From assembly GCF_963921235.1 (NCBI RefSeq), contig NC_086098.1, positions 5,642,001 to 5,706,000 on the forward strand: DNA of 64,000 nt, written 5' to 3'. Within the stretch, counting starts at the first letter, position 1. Each line of letters starts with the position of its first letter. The stretch comes from Mobula hypostoma (taxonomy: Eukaryota). Below the pieces are notes generated by a model. It saw only the letters and a program-made list of their open reading frames with translations. It was not told the DNA's origin and did not search any database. This document shows, piece by piece, positions 12,680-24,672 of this stretch. Position numbers and translations under genes: made by a program.

Positions 12680-14087
12680 AAAGTTCAATGTTCCAAGTAA
12701 ATTTATTATCAAAGTACATAGATATCACCATATATAACCCTGAGATTCATTTCCTTGTTGACAATAGAAAGAAGCACAATAAAATCAATAAAAAACCTCT
12801 CACAACAGGATGCAGAAACAGTATGCAAAAGACAACAAACTATACAAATACAAAAAAAAATAGAAATATTAATGATAATAAAAAATTAATCAGCAATAAA
12901 TATTAAACACGTGAGATGAAGAGTCCTTGAAAGTGAACCTATAGGTTGTAGGAATAGTTCAATGATGGGGCAAGTGAAGTTATCCCCTTTGGTTCAAGTA
13001 CCTGATGGCTGAGGGGTAGCAACTGTTCCTGAATGTGGTGGTGTGAGAGTTGAAGTTCCTGCACCTCCTTCCTGATGGCAGCAGTGAGAAGATGGTCTGG
13101 ATGCTGGAGGTCCTTGATAGATGCTGCTTTTCCGTGAATGTGGGCTATAGATCTTTCCATGAATGCTGTCCTCAGCTCCTTCTGGGTTTTAGCTGTTGCT
13201 CCAGATTTCAGCATCAGCAGTCTTTAGTCTCCACTGCCTGACATTTTGGCTTTATTTGTCCCATTACATTGAAACATCGAAAGAGACAGTGAAATGCGTT
13301 GTTATGTCAAATCAAATCAGCAAAGATTGTGTTGGGCAATGCACAGTAGTCACCACTATCATGGCACATCCACAACTCACTGCACCTCTTTGGACTGTGG
13401 GAGGAAACCAGAGCACCAGGAGGAAACTCATGTAGTGACAGCGAGAATGTACAAATTCCTTACAGACAGTGGCAGGGATCAAAGCTCAAAATACAAAGTA
13501 AATTTATTATCAAAGTACATAAATGTCACCAAATGTACAGCCCCGATCTTCATTTTCTTGTGGGCATACTCAATAACTTTATCAAATAATAATCATAACA
13601 GAATCAAAGAAAGACCACAACAACTTAGGTGTTCTACCAGTGTGCACAAGACAACAAATTGTGCAGGTACAACAAAAAATAAATAATAATAATAATAAAC
13701 AAACAAGCTGTAGGTATCGAGAACATGAGAAGAAGAGTGCTTGCAAGTGAGTCCTTGGGTTGTGGAAACATTTCAGTGATAGGGCAAGTGAAGTTGAGTG
13801 AAGTTATTCCCTTTGGTTCAAGGTTGAGGGGTAATAACTGTTCCTGAACCTGGTGGTAGGAGTCCTGAGGATCTTGTACCTTCTTCCTGACGGCAGCAAT
13901 GAAAAGAGAGCACGTGCTGGGTGGCGGGGATCCTGATTATGCGTACTGTTTCCGGGTGACAATGTTTCGTGGAGATGATCTCAATAGTACTCATGATGAA
14001 CTGGGCCATATGCACTATTTTTTGTCGGATTTTCCATTCAAGGGCATGGTGTTTCCATAATAAGTTGTGATACAGACAGTGAATGTG
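12680..14087 (-). mobile_element. Cluster of old Rex1-type 3' fragments plus a V-SINE-like piece (about 13390-13475)
   Basis: Repeated 3' blocks (gaagagtccttgaaagtga, tatccccttggttcaag); ggaaaccagagcacc motif. Confidence 0.65.
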
Positions 14088-15612
14088 CAGTGAATATTCT
14101 CCCCCCCCCCCCGGAAGTTTTCATGTTTTATTGTTCGACAACATTGAATCACAATGGATTTAATTTGCCTTTTTTTGAGACTGATCAACAGAAAAAAAAA
14201 TGCTTTTCTGTCAAAGTGAAAAGACATTTCTACAAATTGGTCTAATTTTATTACAGTTATCAAACTCAAAATAATTGATTGCCTAAGCATGCACCCCCTT
14301 CAAGTCAGTATTTGGTAGATGCACCTTTGGCAGCAATTACAGCCTTGAGTCTGTGTGGACAGTCTCTATCAGCTTTGCACATCTGGACTCTGCAACTTTT
14401 CCCTATTCTTCTTTACAAAACTTCTCAAGCTCTGTCAGATTGCATGGGGGTCATGAGTGAACAGCTCTTTTCAAGTCAGCCACAAATTTTCAATTGGATT
14501 GTGATCCAGACTCTGACTTGGCCACTCCAGGACATTAACTTTGTTGTTTTTAAGCCATTTCTGTGTCATTTTGGCTTTATACTTGGTCATTATCTTGCTA
14601 GAAAACAAATCTTCTCCCAAATCACAGTTCTCTTGCAGACTGCATCAGGTTTTCCTCCAGGATTTCCGTGTATTTTGCTGCATTCATTTTACCCTCTACC
14701 TTCACAAGCCTTCCAGGGCCTGCTGCGGTGAAGCATCCCCACAACATGATGCAGCCACCACCATGCTTCACGGTAGCGATGGCGTGATTTTGATACTTAT
14801 GCCAAACATAGCATTTAGTCTGTTGGTCAAAAAGCTCAGTTTTGATTTCATCAGACCACAGAACCTTCTTCCAGCTGAATTCAGCATCTCCCACATGGCT
14901 TTTATGCGAGTTTTTTTTTAAAACAGTGGCTTTCTCTTTGCCACTCTCTCATACAGCTGCAACTGGTGAAGCACCCGGGCAACTGCTGTTGTATGTGCAG
15001 TCTCTCCCATCTTAGCCACTGAAACTTGTAACTCCTCCAGAGTTGTCACAGGTCTCTAACCGGCCTCCCTCACTATTTCCCTTCTTGATGATTGACTTAT
15101 CTGTGCTCCAAAGGATATTCAGTGACTTGGAAATTTTCTTGTATCCATCTCCTGACTTGGGGTTTTCAATAACTTTTTTATAGAGTTGCTTAGTGTGTTC
15201 TTTTGTCTTCATGGCGTAGTTCTTACCAAGATACTGACTCACCAGCAGTTGGGCCTTCCAGATCCTGGTGTATTTTTACTACAATCAATTGAAACACCTT
15301 GACTGCACACAGTGATCTCCATTTGACTAATTATGTGACTTCTAAAACCAACTGGCTGCACCAGTTAAGGTTTGGTGTGTCATATTAAAAGGGGGGGGGT
15401 GAATACTTATGCAATCAATTATTTTGTATTTTATATTTGTAATTATTTTTGATCATTTTGTAGAGATCTGTTTTCACTTTGACATAAACGCATCTTTTTC
15501 TGTTGATCAGTGTCAAAAAAGCCAGATTAAACCTACTGTGATTCAATATTGTAAAACAATAAACCATGAGAACTTCCAAGGGGGGGGGCGTGAATACTTT
15601 TTATGGGCGTTG
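14088..15612 (-). mobile_element. Tc1 DNA transposon, IR/DR type, with deleted transposase
   Basis: About 210-bp inverted ends with inner and outer direct repeats; TA at 15613-15614; ORF pieces MKTKEHTKQ...GDGYKKISKSL and VLWSDEIKTELF...VKHGGGCIMLWGCF; host LINE resumes on both sides. Confidence 0.92.
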
Positions 15613-16085
15613 TACCCTCCATTACACATCTATAGAAGTTGGTCAATGTTTTAGATATGATGCCAAATCTCTGTAAACTCCTTAGGAAGTAGAGGCACTG
15701 CAGTGCTTCCTTTGTAATCGCAAAAGGATGGACAAATAACCAATGTGCAAATACCAAGAGAAATAGACAAAAAGGAATAAAAAGCAATAAACATGAGATG
15801 AACAGTTCTTGAAAGTGAGGCCATAGGTTGTGGGAATATTTCAGTGATGAGGTAAGTGAAATTGAGTGACGTTATTCTCTTTGGTTCAAGAGCCTAATGG
15901 TTGAGAGAAGTGTGTCCTAATGGTCATACCACAGTTGGAAACATCTCTGAATCAAACCTTGATTAGTGATTGCTGGCACTGAAATCAATGTGGAATGCAC
16001 ACATTAGCACAACACAGATTGTAGTCTGTAAATGAACATGGAGAATTTAGTAACAGAATAGAGTAATAGAAACAGGTCATACACC

Positions 16086-16385
16086 CATAAGACATAGGAG
16101 CAGAATTAGGCCATTTGGCCCATGGACTCTGCTCTGCCATTCCATCATGGCTGACTAATTTTCCTCAGCTTCAGCCTCCTGTCTTCTCCCCACAGCCCTT
16201 CATACCCTGACTAACCAAGAATCTTTCAACCTCTGCCTTAAATATACATAGACTTGGCCTCCACAGCTGCCTCTGATGAAGAATTCCACAGATTCACCAC
16301 TCTATGGCTAAAGATTCACCACTCTCAAGGCATCAAAGATTACGGGGAGAATGGGGTTGAGAGGGAAAGTATGTCAGCCATTCTA
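16086..16385. mobile_element. Rearranged CR1 3' UTR fragments
   Basis: ccataagacataggagcagaa tail; duplicated gattcaccactct at the junction. Confidence 0.7.
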
Positions 16386-17059
16386 TCTTGAGTTTTAGAA
16401 GGATAAGATTGACCTTAAAGAAGGTTTTAAATGTTTGGGTGGTGTAAGGTACTTTTAAGCATCTTCCTTGATAGCTAATTACATGACAAATTTACTTGAG
16501 TAAGCATAGAACAGAATTTTTAAAGTTTTAGATTTGTTAAAAAAAAGCCAATGAAAATTTTAATTAGAGTCTATACTCATGAATTTTATTACTTTTACCT
16601 CATCATTTTTTGTTTTGTTTTAAAAGTATGTCTGGTACCAGAATTAGAAAAAAAATACCTTTCAACCTTCCTTCTAATTCACTTCAAAATATCTATTTAA
16701 GGTATTATTCTCACAGCTCAAGTCTCCTTTCCTTCACCCCCACTCACTCCCTTCATCGTACCCCCAGAGGAGTTCCAATTTTATCTTTAAGATGTCCTGC
16801 AGGTTTGATGTATGCCTTTGGGAAATTGGGAACTAGAAACAGAACACAGTCTGCTTCTAGTCTCCAAATTGACTAATGTTCTCCTGAATTTTGATTATTC
16901 TCTGTTTTATGAGTATCTCATAACAGAACAGTTTTGTTGTTTTAATAAATTCCTATGAAAATATAATGGGTCATAAGTTATGCTTATATATTATACATTT
17001 TTTCATAAATTAGTCAAATAGTAGTGAAATAGCTTTATGAATAAAGCAACATTCTCAAC

Positions 17060-17325
17060 TCCAATCAAATTCCTTCCGAACCAGCTCTTTACCTTTCCCA
17101 CCCACCTGGCTTCAAATATTACCTTCTTCCTATCCCTCTTCCCCGTCCCCCATCTTTTTATTCTGTCGTCTTCCTCCTCCCACGCCAGTCCTGAAGAAGG
17201 GTCTCAGCCCAAAATGTCCACTGTTTATTCATTTCCATAGATGCAGCCTGACCTGCTGAGTTCCTCCAGCATTGTGTGTGTGTTACTCCGGATCTCCAGC
17301 ATCTTCAGAATCTCCCGTGTTTATG
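17060..17325 (+). mobile_element. Penelope-like terminal fragment with decayed hammerhead
   Basis: cagtc ctgaaga a ggg...ccc aaaa tgtc, then gatgcagcctgacctgctgagttcctccagc. Confidence 0.7.
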
Positions 17326-17871
17326 TTTTGTTGAACAGAGTGTTATTTTGGGATGGGCTGTTAACTTGTTTTTGGGGAGGTTAGTTGTGTTTTAAGTGAG
17401 TACTGAGTTGGGTATTTGGGTATTTGGGTATTTCTGGCAGCACACTTGCAGAGATCATATCGTTAGGGCCACCCAGCAAGTGGAATTCGAAAAGTTTCTT
17501 AGAGTCTTAATGAGGCTGAAATAAAAGTACATGCAGTGGTCCTGCAGCGATTCTGTTACAAGATACCACACATCCACTTTTGCAGTCTCATATCTCCTAC
17601 ACCCTGACTTTACTCAAACTTCCCCACCATCCCTGATCCCTACCATGCATGGAGCTAAATTCTTCACCTTCATGCAAGTGCTGTTGTTTCAACTCCCCAC
17701 CTCACTCCCTGCATTTTCACCCTCGATGCTGATTATGAACCATCTGCTCTCAGACACAAAACCTTCTGGTCAAGGTGGTATTCAGCTGAGGTCTCTGTCG
17801 AAGTTGTGGCTCAGACTTAGTTTTTAAGTTTTAAGGAGATGATTTTGGGAACAGAAAAATGAGTTAAAATG

Positions 17872-18527
17872 ATGGGGTTTAGAGATAGGGGTGTGGGGAG
17901 TTGGAGGTCAGGGTGGGGATTAGACATAGGGGTGTGGGAAGTTGGAGGTCAAGGTGGGGATTAGAGAAGGGGATGTGGGGAGTTGGAGATCAGGGTGGGG
18001 TTTAGAGATAGGGATGTGGGGAGTTGGAGATCAGGGTGGGGTTTAGAGATAGGGGTGTGGGGAGTTGGAGATCAGGGTGGGGTTTAGAGATAGGGGTGTG
18101 GGGAGTTGGAGGTCAGGGTGGGGATTAGAGATAAGGATATGGAGAGTTAAAGGTCAGGGTGAGGATTAGAGATAGGGATATGGGGAGTTGAAGATTGGGG
18201 TGGGGATTAGAGATGGGGTGTGGGGAATTGAAGGTCAGGGAGGGGATTAGAGATAGGAGTGTGGGGAGTTGAAGGTCGGGGTGGGGATTAGAGATAGGGG
18301 TTTGAGGAGTTGAAGGTCGGGTTGAGGATTAGAGATAGGAGTTTGAGGAGTTGAAGGTTGGGGTGGGGATTAGAGATAGAGGTGTGGGGAATTGAAGGTC
18401 AGGGAGGGGATTAGAGATAGGCGTGTGGGGAGTTGAAGGTCGGGGTGAGGATTAGAGATAGGGGTTTGGGGAGTTGAAGGTCGGGGTGAGGATTAGAGAT
18501 AGGGATGTGGGGAGTTGGTGGTCAGGC
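17872..18527. repeat. 41-bp G-rich minisatellite, about 16 copies
   Basis: Unit starts at 18001, 18042 and 18083 (tttagagataggggtgtggggagttggagatcagggtgggg). Confidence 0.95.
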
Positions 18528-18639
18528 TGGAGTCTAGCTCTCCACATCAGAAGGCAAGTGTCAATGTGTGAAGGAGATCCGTGGACGGATGTTGAGCCAG
18601 CAAGCACTGTGGACAATATGTGCTTGTTTATTTATTTAT

Positions 18640-19620
18640 TTAGTGAGCTACAGTGCGGACACACTTCAAATCTGCCTGGGCATCCAGGGGTGGCACGCAT
18701 CCTAGAAATTATCTAGAGATGTTATTGGTGGCCAGGCATGTCTAAAGATGTTCAGGAATATGTCTTAGCGTGTGATTTCTCCACACGAAATAAAGAACCC
18801 AGAGCAGAGTCTCAAGGTCTGCTTCAGTCTCTCTTCATTCTTACTCACCCTTAGTCCTATATTTCTATCGACTTTGTCACTGGTCTACAGGTATCTCTGG
18901 GTAATACAGTAATGATAGGCCTGCTGCTTCATACCCTTTCCCAAACTGCCAGTGGCTTTACAGACTGTGCAACTCATGTTACAGCAGGTCTTCAGGATTC
19001 AGTCCCCCTCAGGACATCTTCTCTGAACACCATCCCCAGTTTGCCTCTAGATTTTGGAGGGACTTCTTTTGACCTCACTTAGGCCTCTGCTGGTCTTTCT
19101 GCCGGGGTTCCATTCACAGACTAATGGGAAAATGGAGAGGGTCAACCAGAACCTCAGATGTCTAGCCACGGAGACCCATACCATCTGGAATGACAACCTG
19201 ATTTGAGTGCACAACACACTTTGGCATCCATCAGTCGGGATGTCTCCTTTCAAGTGCCAATTTGGGTACAGTCCTCCAGTGTTCACAGAACAAGAAGAGG
19301 AGATGGGGGTTGCATCAGCAGACCAACTGGTCCCGAGATTTCCCCAGAAATGGGTTAAGGCATGAGACGATGTCGTCCAATATGTGGCAACAACAAGACC
19401 AGGCCAACCACTGGAGAAGACAGGGACCAGCACTTCTCCCCAGTCAGCAGATCTGGTTATCAACCAGAGATCTCCCCATGCAGGTTGAATCCAGAAAATA
19501 GAGGCAAGGAAATCTCTGTCCACCAAAATCTCAAAGTTGTCAATTCCCTTCTCACAGTTTGGGCTCCTACGCAGCAAACTACATGATATTGATCCCCATA
19601 GAGGCTTCACACAGACAGAT
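18640..19620 (+). mobile_element. Old Gypsy integrase fragment
   Basis: GHPGVARILEII*RCYWWPGMSKDVQEYVLAC, SIDFVTGL and HSQTNGKMERVNQ. Confidence 0.82.
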
Positions 19621-19659
19621 ATATAAAATCGGGTTCCTTATCTTCCCATGCTGAGCAAA

Positions 19660-22140
19660 TCTGTGGGCCTGAAAATAGACATGTCCCCTGGTCCTGATGG
19701 AGTGCATTCCAGGGTACTGGAAGAAATGGCAGAAGTTATAGTAGAGGCTTTGGTGATAATTTACCAAAATTCTCTGGTCTCTGGGCAGGTCCCTCCAGAT
19801 TGGAAGACGGCAAATGTCATGTCACTGTTCAAAAAAGGGTGTAGGCAAAAGGCAGGTAACTACAGGCCAGTTAGTTTAACAAATGTAGTTGGGAAAATGT
19901 TTGAAGCTTTCATTAAAGAAGAAATAGTGAGGCATCTGGAAAGAAATGGATCCTTCAGGCAGAAGCAGCATGGATTCAGCAAAGGCAGGTCCTGTTTGAC
20001 AAACTTACTGGAGATCGTTGAGGATACGGTGAGCGCAGTGGATAGAGGGGAACAGAAGGACGTTACTTACTTGGATTTCCAGAAGGCGTTCGATAAGATG
20101 CTACTTCAAGTCGTCAAGTCAAGTCACTTTTTATTGTCATTTTGACCATAACTGCTGGTACAGTACACAGTAAAAACAAAACAATGTTTTTCAGGACCAT
20201 GGTGCTACATGAAACAATACAAAAACTATGCTGAACTATATAAAACAACACAAAAACTACACCAGACTACAGACCTACCCAGGACTGCATAAAGTGCACA
20301 AAACAGTGCAGGCACTACAATAAATAATAAACAAGACAATAGGCACAGTAGAGGGCAGTAGGTTGGTGTCAGTCCAGGCTCTGGGTATTGAGGAGTCTGA
20401 TGGCTTTGCGGAAGAAACTGTTACATAGTCTGGTCATGAGAGCCCGAATGCTTCAGTGCCTTTTTCCAGATGGCAGGAGGGAGAAGAGTTTGTATGAGGG
20501 GTACGTGGGGTCCTTCATAATGCTGTTTGCTTTACGGATGCAGCGTGTGGTGTAAATGTCTGTAATGACGGGAAGAGAGACTCCAATGATCTTCTCAACT
20601 GACCTCACTATCCGCTGCAGGGTCTTGTGATCCGAGATGGTGCAGTTCCCGAACCAGGCAGTGATGCAGCTGCTCAGGATGCTCTCAATACAACCTCTGT
20701 AGAATGTGGTGAGGATGGGGGTGGGAGATGGACTTCTCTCAGCCTTCGCAGAAAGTAGAGATGCTGCTGGGCTTTCTTTGCTATGGAGCTGGTGTTGAGG
20801 GACCAGGTGAGATTCTCCGCCAGGTGAACACCAAGAAATTTGGTGCTCTTAACGATTTCTATGGAGGAGTTGTCAATGTTCATTGGAGAGTGGTCGCTCC
20901 GTGCTCTCCTGAAGTCAACAACCATCTCTTTTGTTTTGTTCACATTCAGAGACAGGTTGTTGGCTCTGCACCAGTCTGTTAGCTGCTGCACCTCCTCTCT
21001 GTGTGTTGATTCATCGTTCTTGCTGATGAGACCCACCACGGTCGTGTCATTGGCGAACTTGATGATGTGGTTCGAGCTGTGTGTTGCAGCACAGTCGGGG
21101 GTCAGCAGAGTGAACAGCAGTGGACAGAGCACACAGCCCTGGGGGGCCCCCGTGCTCAGTGTGATGGTGTTGGAGATGCTGCTCTCGATCCGGACAGACT
21201 GAGGTCTCCCAGTCAGGAAGTCTAGGATCCAGTTGCAGAAGGAGATGTTCAGGCCCAGTAGGCTCAGCTTTCCAATCAGTTTGTGAGGAATGATTGTGTT
21301 GAATGCTGAACTGAAGTCTATGAACAACATTCGAATGTACGTGTCTTTTTTATCCAAGTGGGTGAGGGCCAGGTGGAGGGTGATGGCAATGGTGTCGTCT
21401 GTTGAACGGTTGGGACAGTTTGTGAACTGCAGGGGTTCCAGTGAGGGGGGCAGCAGGGTCTGGATATGTCTCATGACGAGCCTCTCGAAACACTTCATGA
21501 TGATGGATGTGAGTGCAACGGGACGGTAGTCGTTGAGGCAGGACACTGCGGACTTCTTCAGCACGGGGACGATGGTAGTGGCCTTGAAGCACGTAGGAAC
21601 GACAGTGCTGCTCAGGGAGATGTTGAAGACTTAAAAGACTTATCCATAAGATAAGGATACATAGAGTTGTGGGTGATGTATTAGAATGGATAGAATATTG
21701 GTTAAATAATAGAAAGCAGAGAGTTGGGATACACGGGTATTTCTCTGGTTGGCACTTGGTGGTCAGCGGTGTGCCACAGGGGTCAGTGCTGGGCCCACAA
21801 CTGTTCACAATATGCATTAATGATCTGGAAGAGGGGACAGGGTGTAGTGTATCTAAGTTTGCTGATGACACTAAATTGAGTGGAAAAGCAAATTGTGCAG
21901 GGAGTCTACAGAGGGATATAGATAGGTTAAGTGAGTGGGCAAGGGTCTGTCAGATGGAGTACAATGCTGGCAAATGTGAGGTCATCCACTTTGGAAAGAA
22001 AAATGGAAGAGCAGATTATTATTTAAATGGTTAAAAATTGCATCATGCTGATGTACAGAAGAACTTGGGAGTGCTTGTGCATGAATCACAAAAGGTTGGT
22101 TTACAGATGCAGCAGGCTATCAAGAAGGCAAATGCTTGGC
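19660..22140 (+). mobile_element. CR1 RT fragment split by a Rex1-type insertion
   Basis: ORFs 19648-20145 and 21669-22034 are consecutive CR1 RT segments. Confidence 0.9.
20107..21628 (-). mobile_element. Rex1/Babar-type LINE, 5'-truncated
   Basis: [37 protein letters not shown] and [13 protein letters not shown]; (gactt)n tail; 4-bp TSD actt. Confidence 0.9.
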
Positions 22141-22307
22141 CATTCCTGGAGCCAACTTGGAGGCAATTCCATTCCAGAGGCGAGTGGAGTTGATGCTGAA
22201 TCGAGGTGGCGGGGCAAGGTCTGGACGATTTAAGCACTGGGCAAAATTGAAAAGGACAGGGCGTCGGGGCTGGAGGAAATGCACGGGACAGTTCAAATCA
22301 CTGCTCC

Positions 22308-23787
22308 ACGAGGTTTACTCAACTCTGTGCTGAACCTCACCTCGTTACCCCGCAAGGTTTACTCGTCCCCACGCTGAATCTCACCTCGTTACCCCGCGAG
22401 TTTTACTCGTCCCCACGCTGAATCTCACCTCGTTACCCCGCGAGTTTTACTTGTCCCCACGCTGAATCTCAGCTCGTTACCCCGCGAGTTTTACTTGTCC
22501 CCACGCTGAATCTCAGCTCGTTACCCCGCGAGTTTTACTCGTCCCCACGCTGAATCTCAGCTCGTTACCCCGCGAGTTTTACTCGTCCCCACGCTGAATC
22601 TCAGCTCGTTACCCCGCGAGTTTTACTCGTCCCCACGCTGAATCTCAGCTCGTTACCCCGCGAGTTTTACTCGTCCCCACGCTGAATCTCAGCTCGTTAC
22701 CCCGCGAGTTTTACTCGTCCCCACGCTGAATCTCAGCTCGTTACCCCGCGAGGTTTACTCGTCCCCACGCTGAATCTCAGCTCGTTACCCCGCGAGTTTT
22801 ACTTGTCCCCACGCTGAATCTCAGCTCGTTACCCCGCGAGTTTTACTCGTCCCCACGCTGAATCTCAGCTCGTTACCCCGCGAGTTTTACTCGTCCCCAC
22901 GCTGAATCTCAGCTCGTTACCCCGCGAGTTTTACTCGTCCCCACGCTGAATCTCAGCTCGTTACCCCGCGAGTTTTACTCGTCCCCACGCTGAATCTCAG
23001 CTCGTTACCCTGTGAGGTTTACTTGTCCCCACGCTGAATCTCAGCTCGTTACCCCGCGAGGTTTACTTGTCTCTGCGCTGAATCTCAGCTCGTTACCCCG
23101 CAAGGTTTACTCGTCCCCACGCTGAATCTCACCTCGTTACCCCGCGAGTTTTACTCGTCCCCACGCTGAATCTCAGCTCGTTACCCTGTGAGGTTTACTT
23201 GTCCCCACGCTGAATCTCAGCTCGTTACCCCGCGAGGTTTACTTGTCTCTGCGCTGAATCTCAGCTCGTTACCCCGCAAGGTTTACTCGTCCCCACGCTG
23301 AATCTCACCTCGTTACCCCGCGAGTTTTACTCGTCCCCACGCTGAATCTCAGCTTGTTACCCCACGAGTTTTACTTGTCCCCACGCTGAATCTCAGCTCG
23401 TTACCCTGTGAGGTTTACTTGTCCCCACGCTGAATCTCAGCTCGTTACCCCGCGAGGTTTACTTGTCTCTGCGCTGAATCTCAGCTCGTTACCCCGCGAG
23501 GTTTACTTGTCTCTGCGCTGAACCTCACCTCGTTACCCCACGAGTTTTACTCGTCCCCACGCTGAATCTCAGCTCGTTACCCTGTGAGGTTTACTTGTCC
23601 CCACGCTGAATCTCAGCTCGTTACCCCGCGAGGTTTACTTGTCTCTGCGCTGAATCTCAGCTCGTTACCCCGCGAGGTTTACTTGTCTCTGCGCTGAACC
23701 TCACCTCGTTACCCCGCGAGTTTTACTCGTCTCTGCACCGACCTTCAGCTCGTTACCCCGCGAGGTTTACTTGGCTCCTCACTGAAC
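22308..23787. repeat. 44-bp CpG-rich minisatellite, about 33 copies
   Basis: Unit tgaatctcagctcgttaccccgcgagttttactcgtccccacgc (starts at 22551 and 22595); no unique spacers. Confidence 0.97.
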
Positions 23788-24147
23788 TGTGACTATGGCC
23801 CGCAACTATCACAGTGTGAACTCACTTTTGTGAGCTTCAGTTCTAAGTGCTATTTGTTAACTTTTATTGTTTGCACATTTATTTTCTTTTTTTTTCTCTG
23901 CACATTGGCTGTTTGATGGTCTTTTGCTTTATGGGTTCTATTGGATTTCTTTGTTTTGTAGCTGCCTCTACAAAGACAAATCTCAAGATTTTATAAGGTA
24001 TACATACTTTGATGATAAATGTACTTTGACTTTGACGTATCACGTGGTAATGTGATGACATATGCAATTCACATATTTATATATATAACCCAAAATGAAT
24101 TGCTTAACAAACAATATACATAATAGACTACTGAATTATTAAATAAG

Positions 24148-24585
24148 ACCATAAGCCATAGGAGCAGAAGTAGCCATCTGGCCCAACAAGTCTGCTCTGC
24201 CATTCAATCACAGGTGATCCTTTTTCCCTCCTCAGCCTCACTTCCCAGCCTTCTCCCCGTAACCTGTGACGCTGCAGCCAGTCAGGATCCTATCAACCTC
24301 CGTCTTAAATACACCCAACGATCTGACCTCCACAGCAGCACAAATTCCACAAATTTACCACCGTCTGGCTAAAGAAATGTCTCCACATCTCTGTTTTAAA
24401 TGGACAACCCTCTATCCTGAGGCTTTGCCCTCGTCCTAGACTCCCTCACCATGGGAAACATCCTTTCCGCATCTACTCTGTCTAGGCCTTTCAACATTTG
24501 AAAGGTTTCAATGAAATTCCCCCCTCATCCTTCTAAGTTTCGGTGAGTACAGACTCAGAACCATCGAATGTTCCTTGTATGATAA
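24148..24585 (-). mobile_element. CR1 3' end
   Basis: ccataagccataggagcagaa tail and CR1 3' UTR. Confidence 0.8.
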
Positions 24586-24587
24586 GC

Positions 24588-24672
24588 AAATATATAACAG
24601 TTCTGTGATTAGGCGCGAGTTAAATAGGTTAAATATATAACAGTTCTGTGATTAGGCGTGTGTTAAATAGGT
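24588..24672. repeat. 43-bp tandem duplication
   Basis: aaatatataacagttctgtgattaggcg... at 24588 and 24631. Confidence 0.85.

Noticed and set aside
18640..19620. The missing integrase of the Gypsy element at 6614-12586
   Set aside because: Opposite strand, far more degraded and 6 kb away; probably an independent older element
22308..23787. CRISPR-like array
   Set aside because: Units are contiguous 44-bp repeats with no unique spacers, there are no cas genes, and the context is eukaryotic
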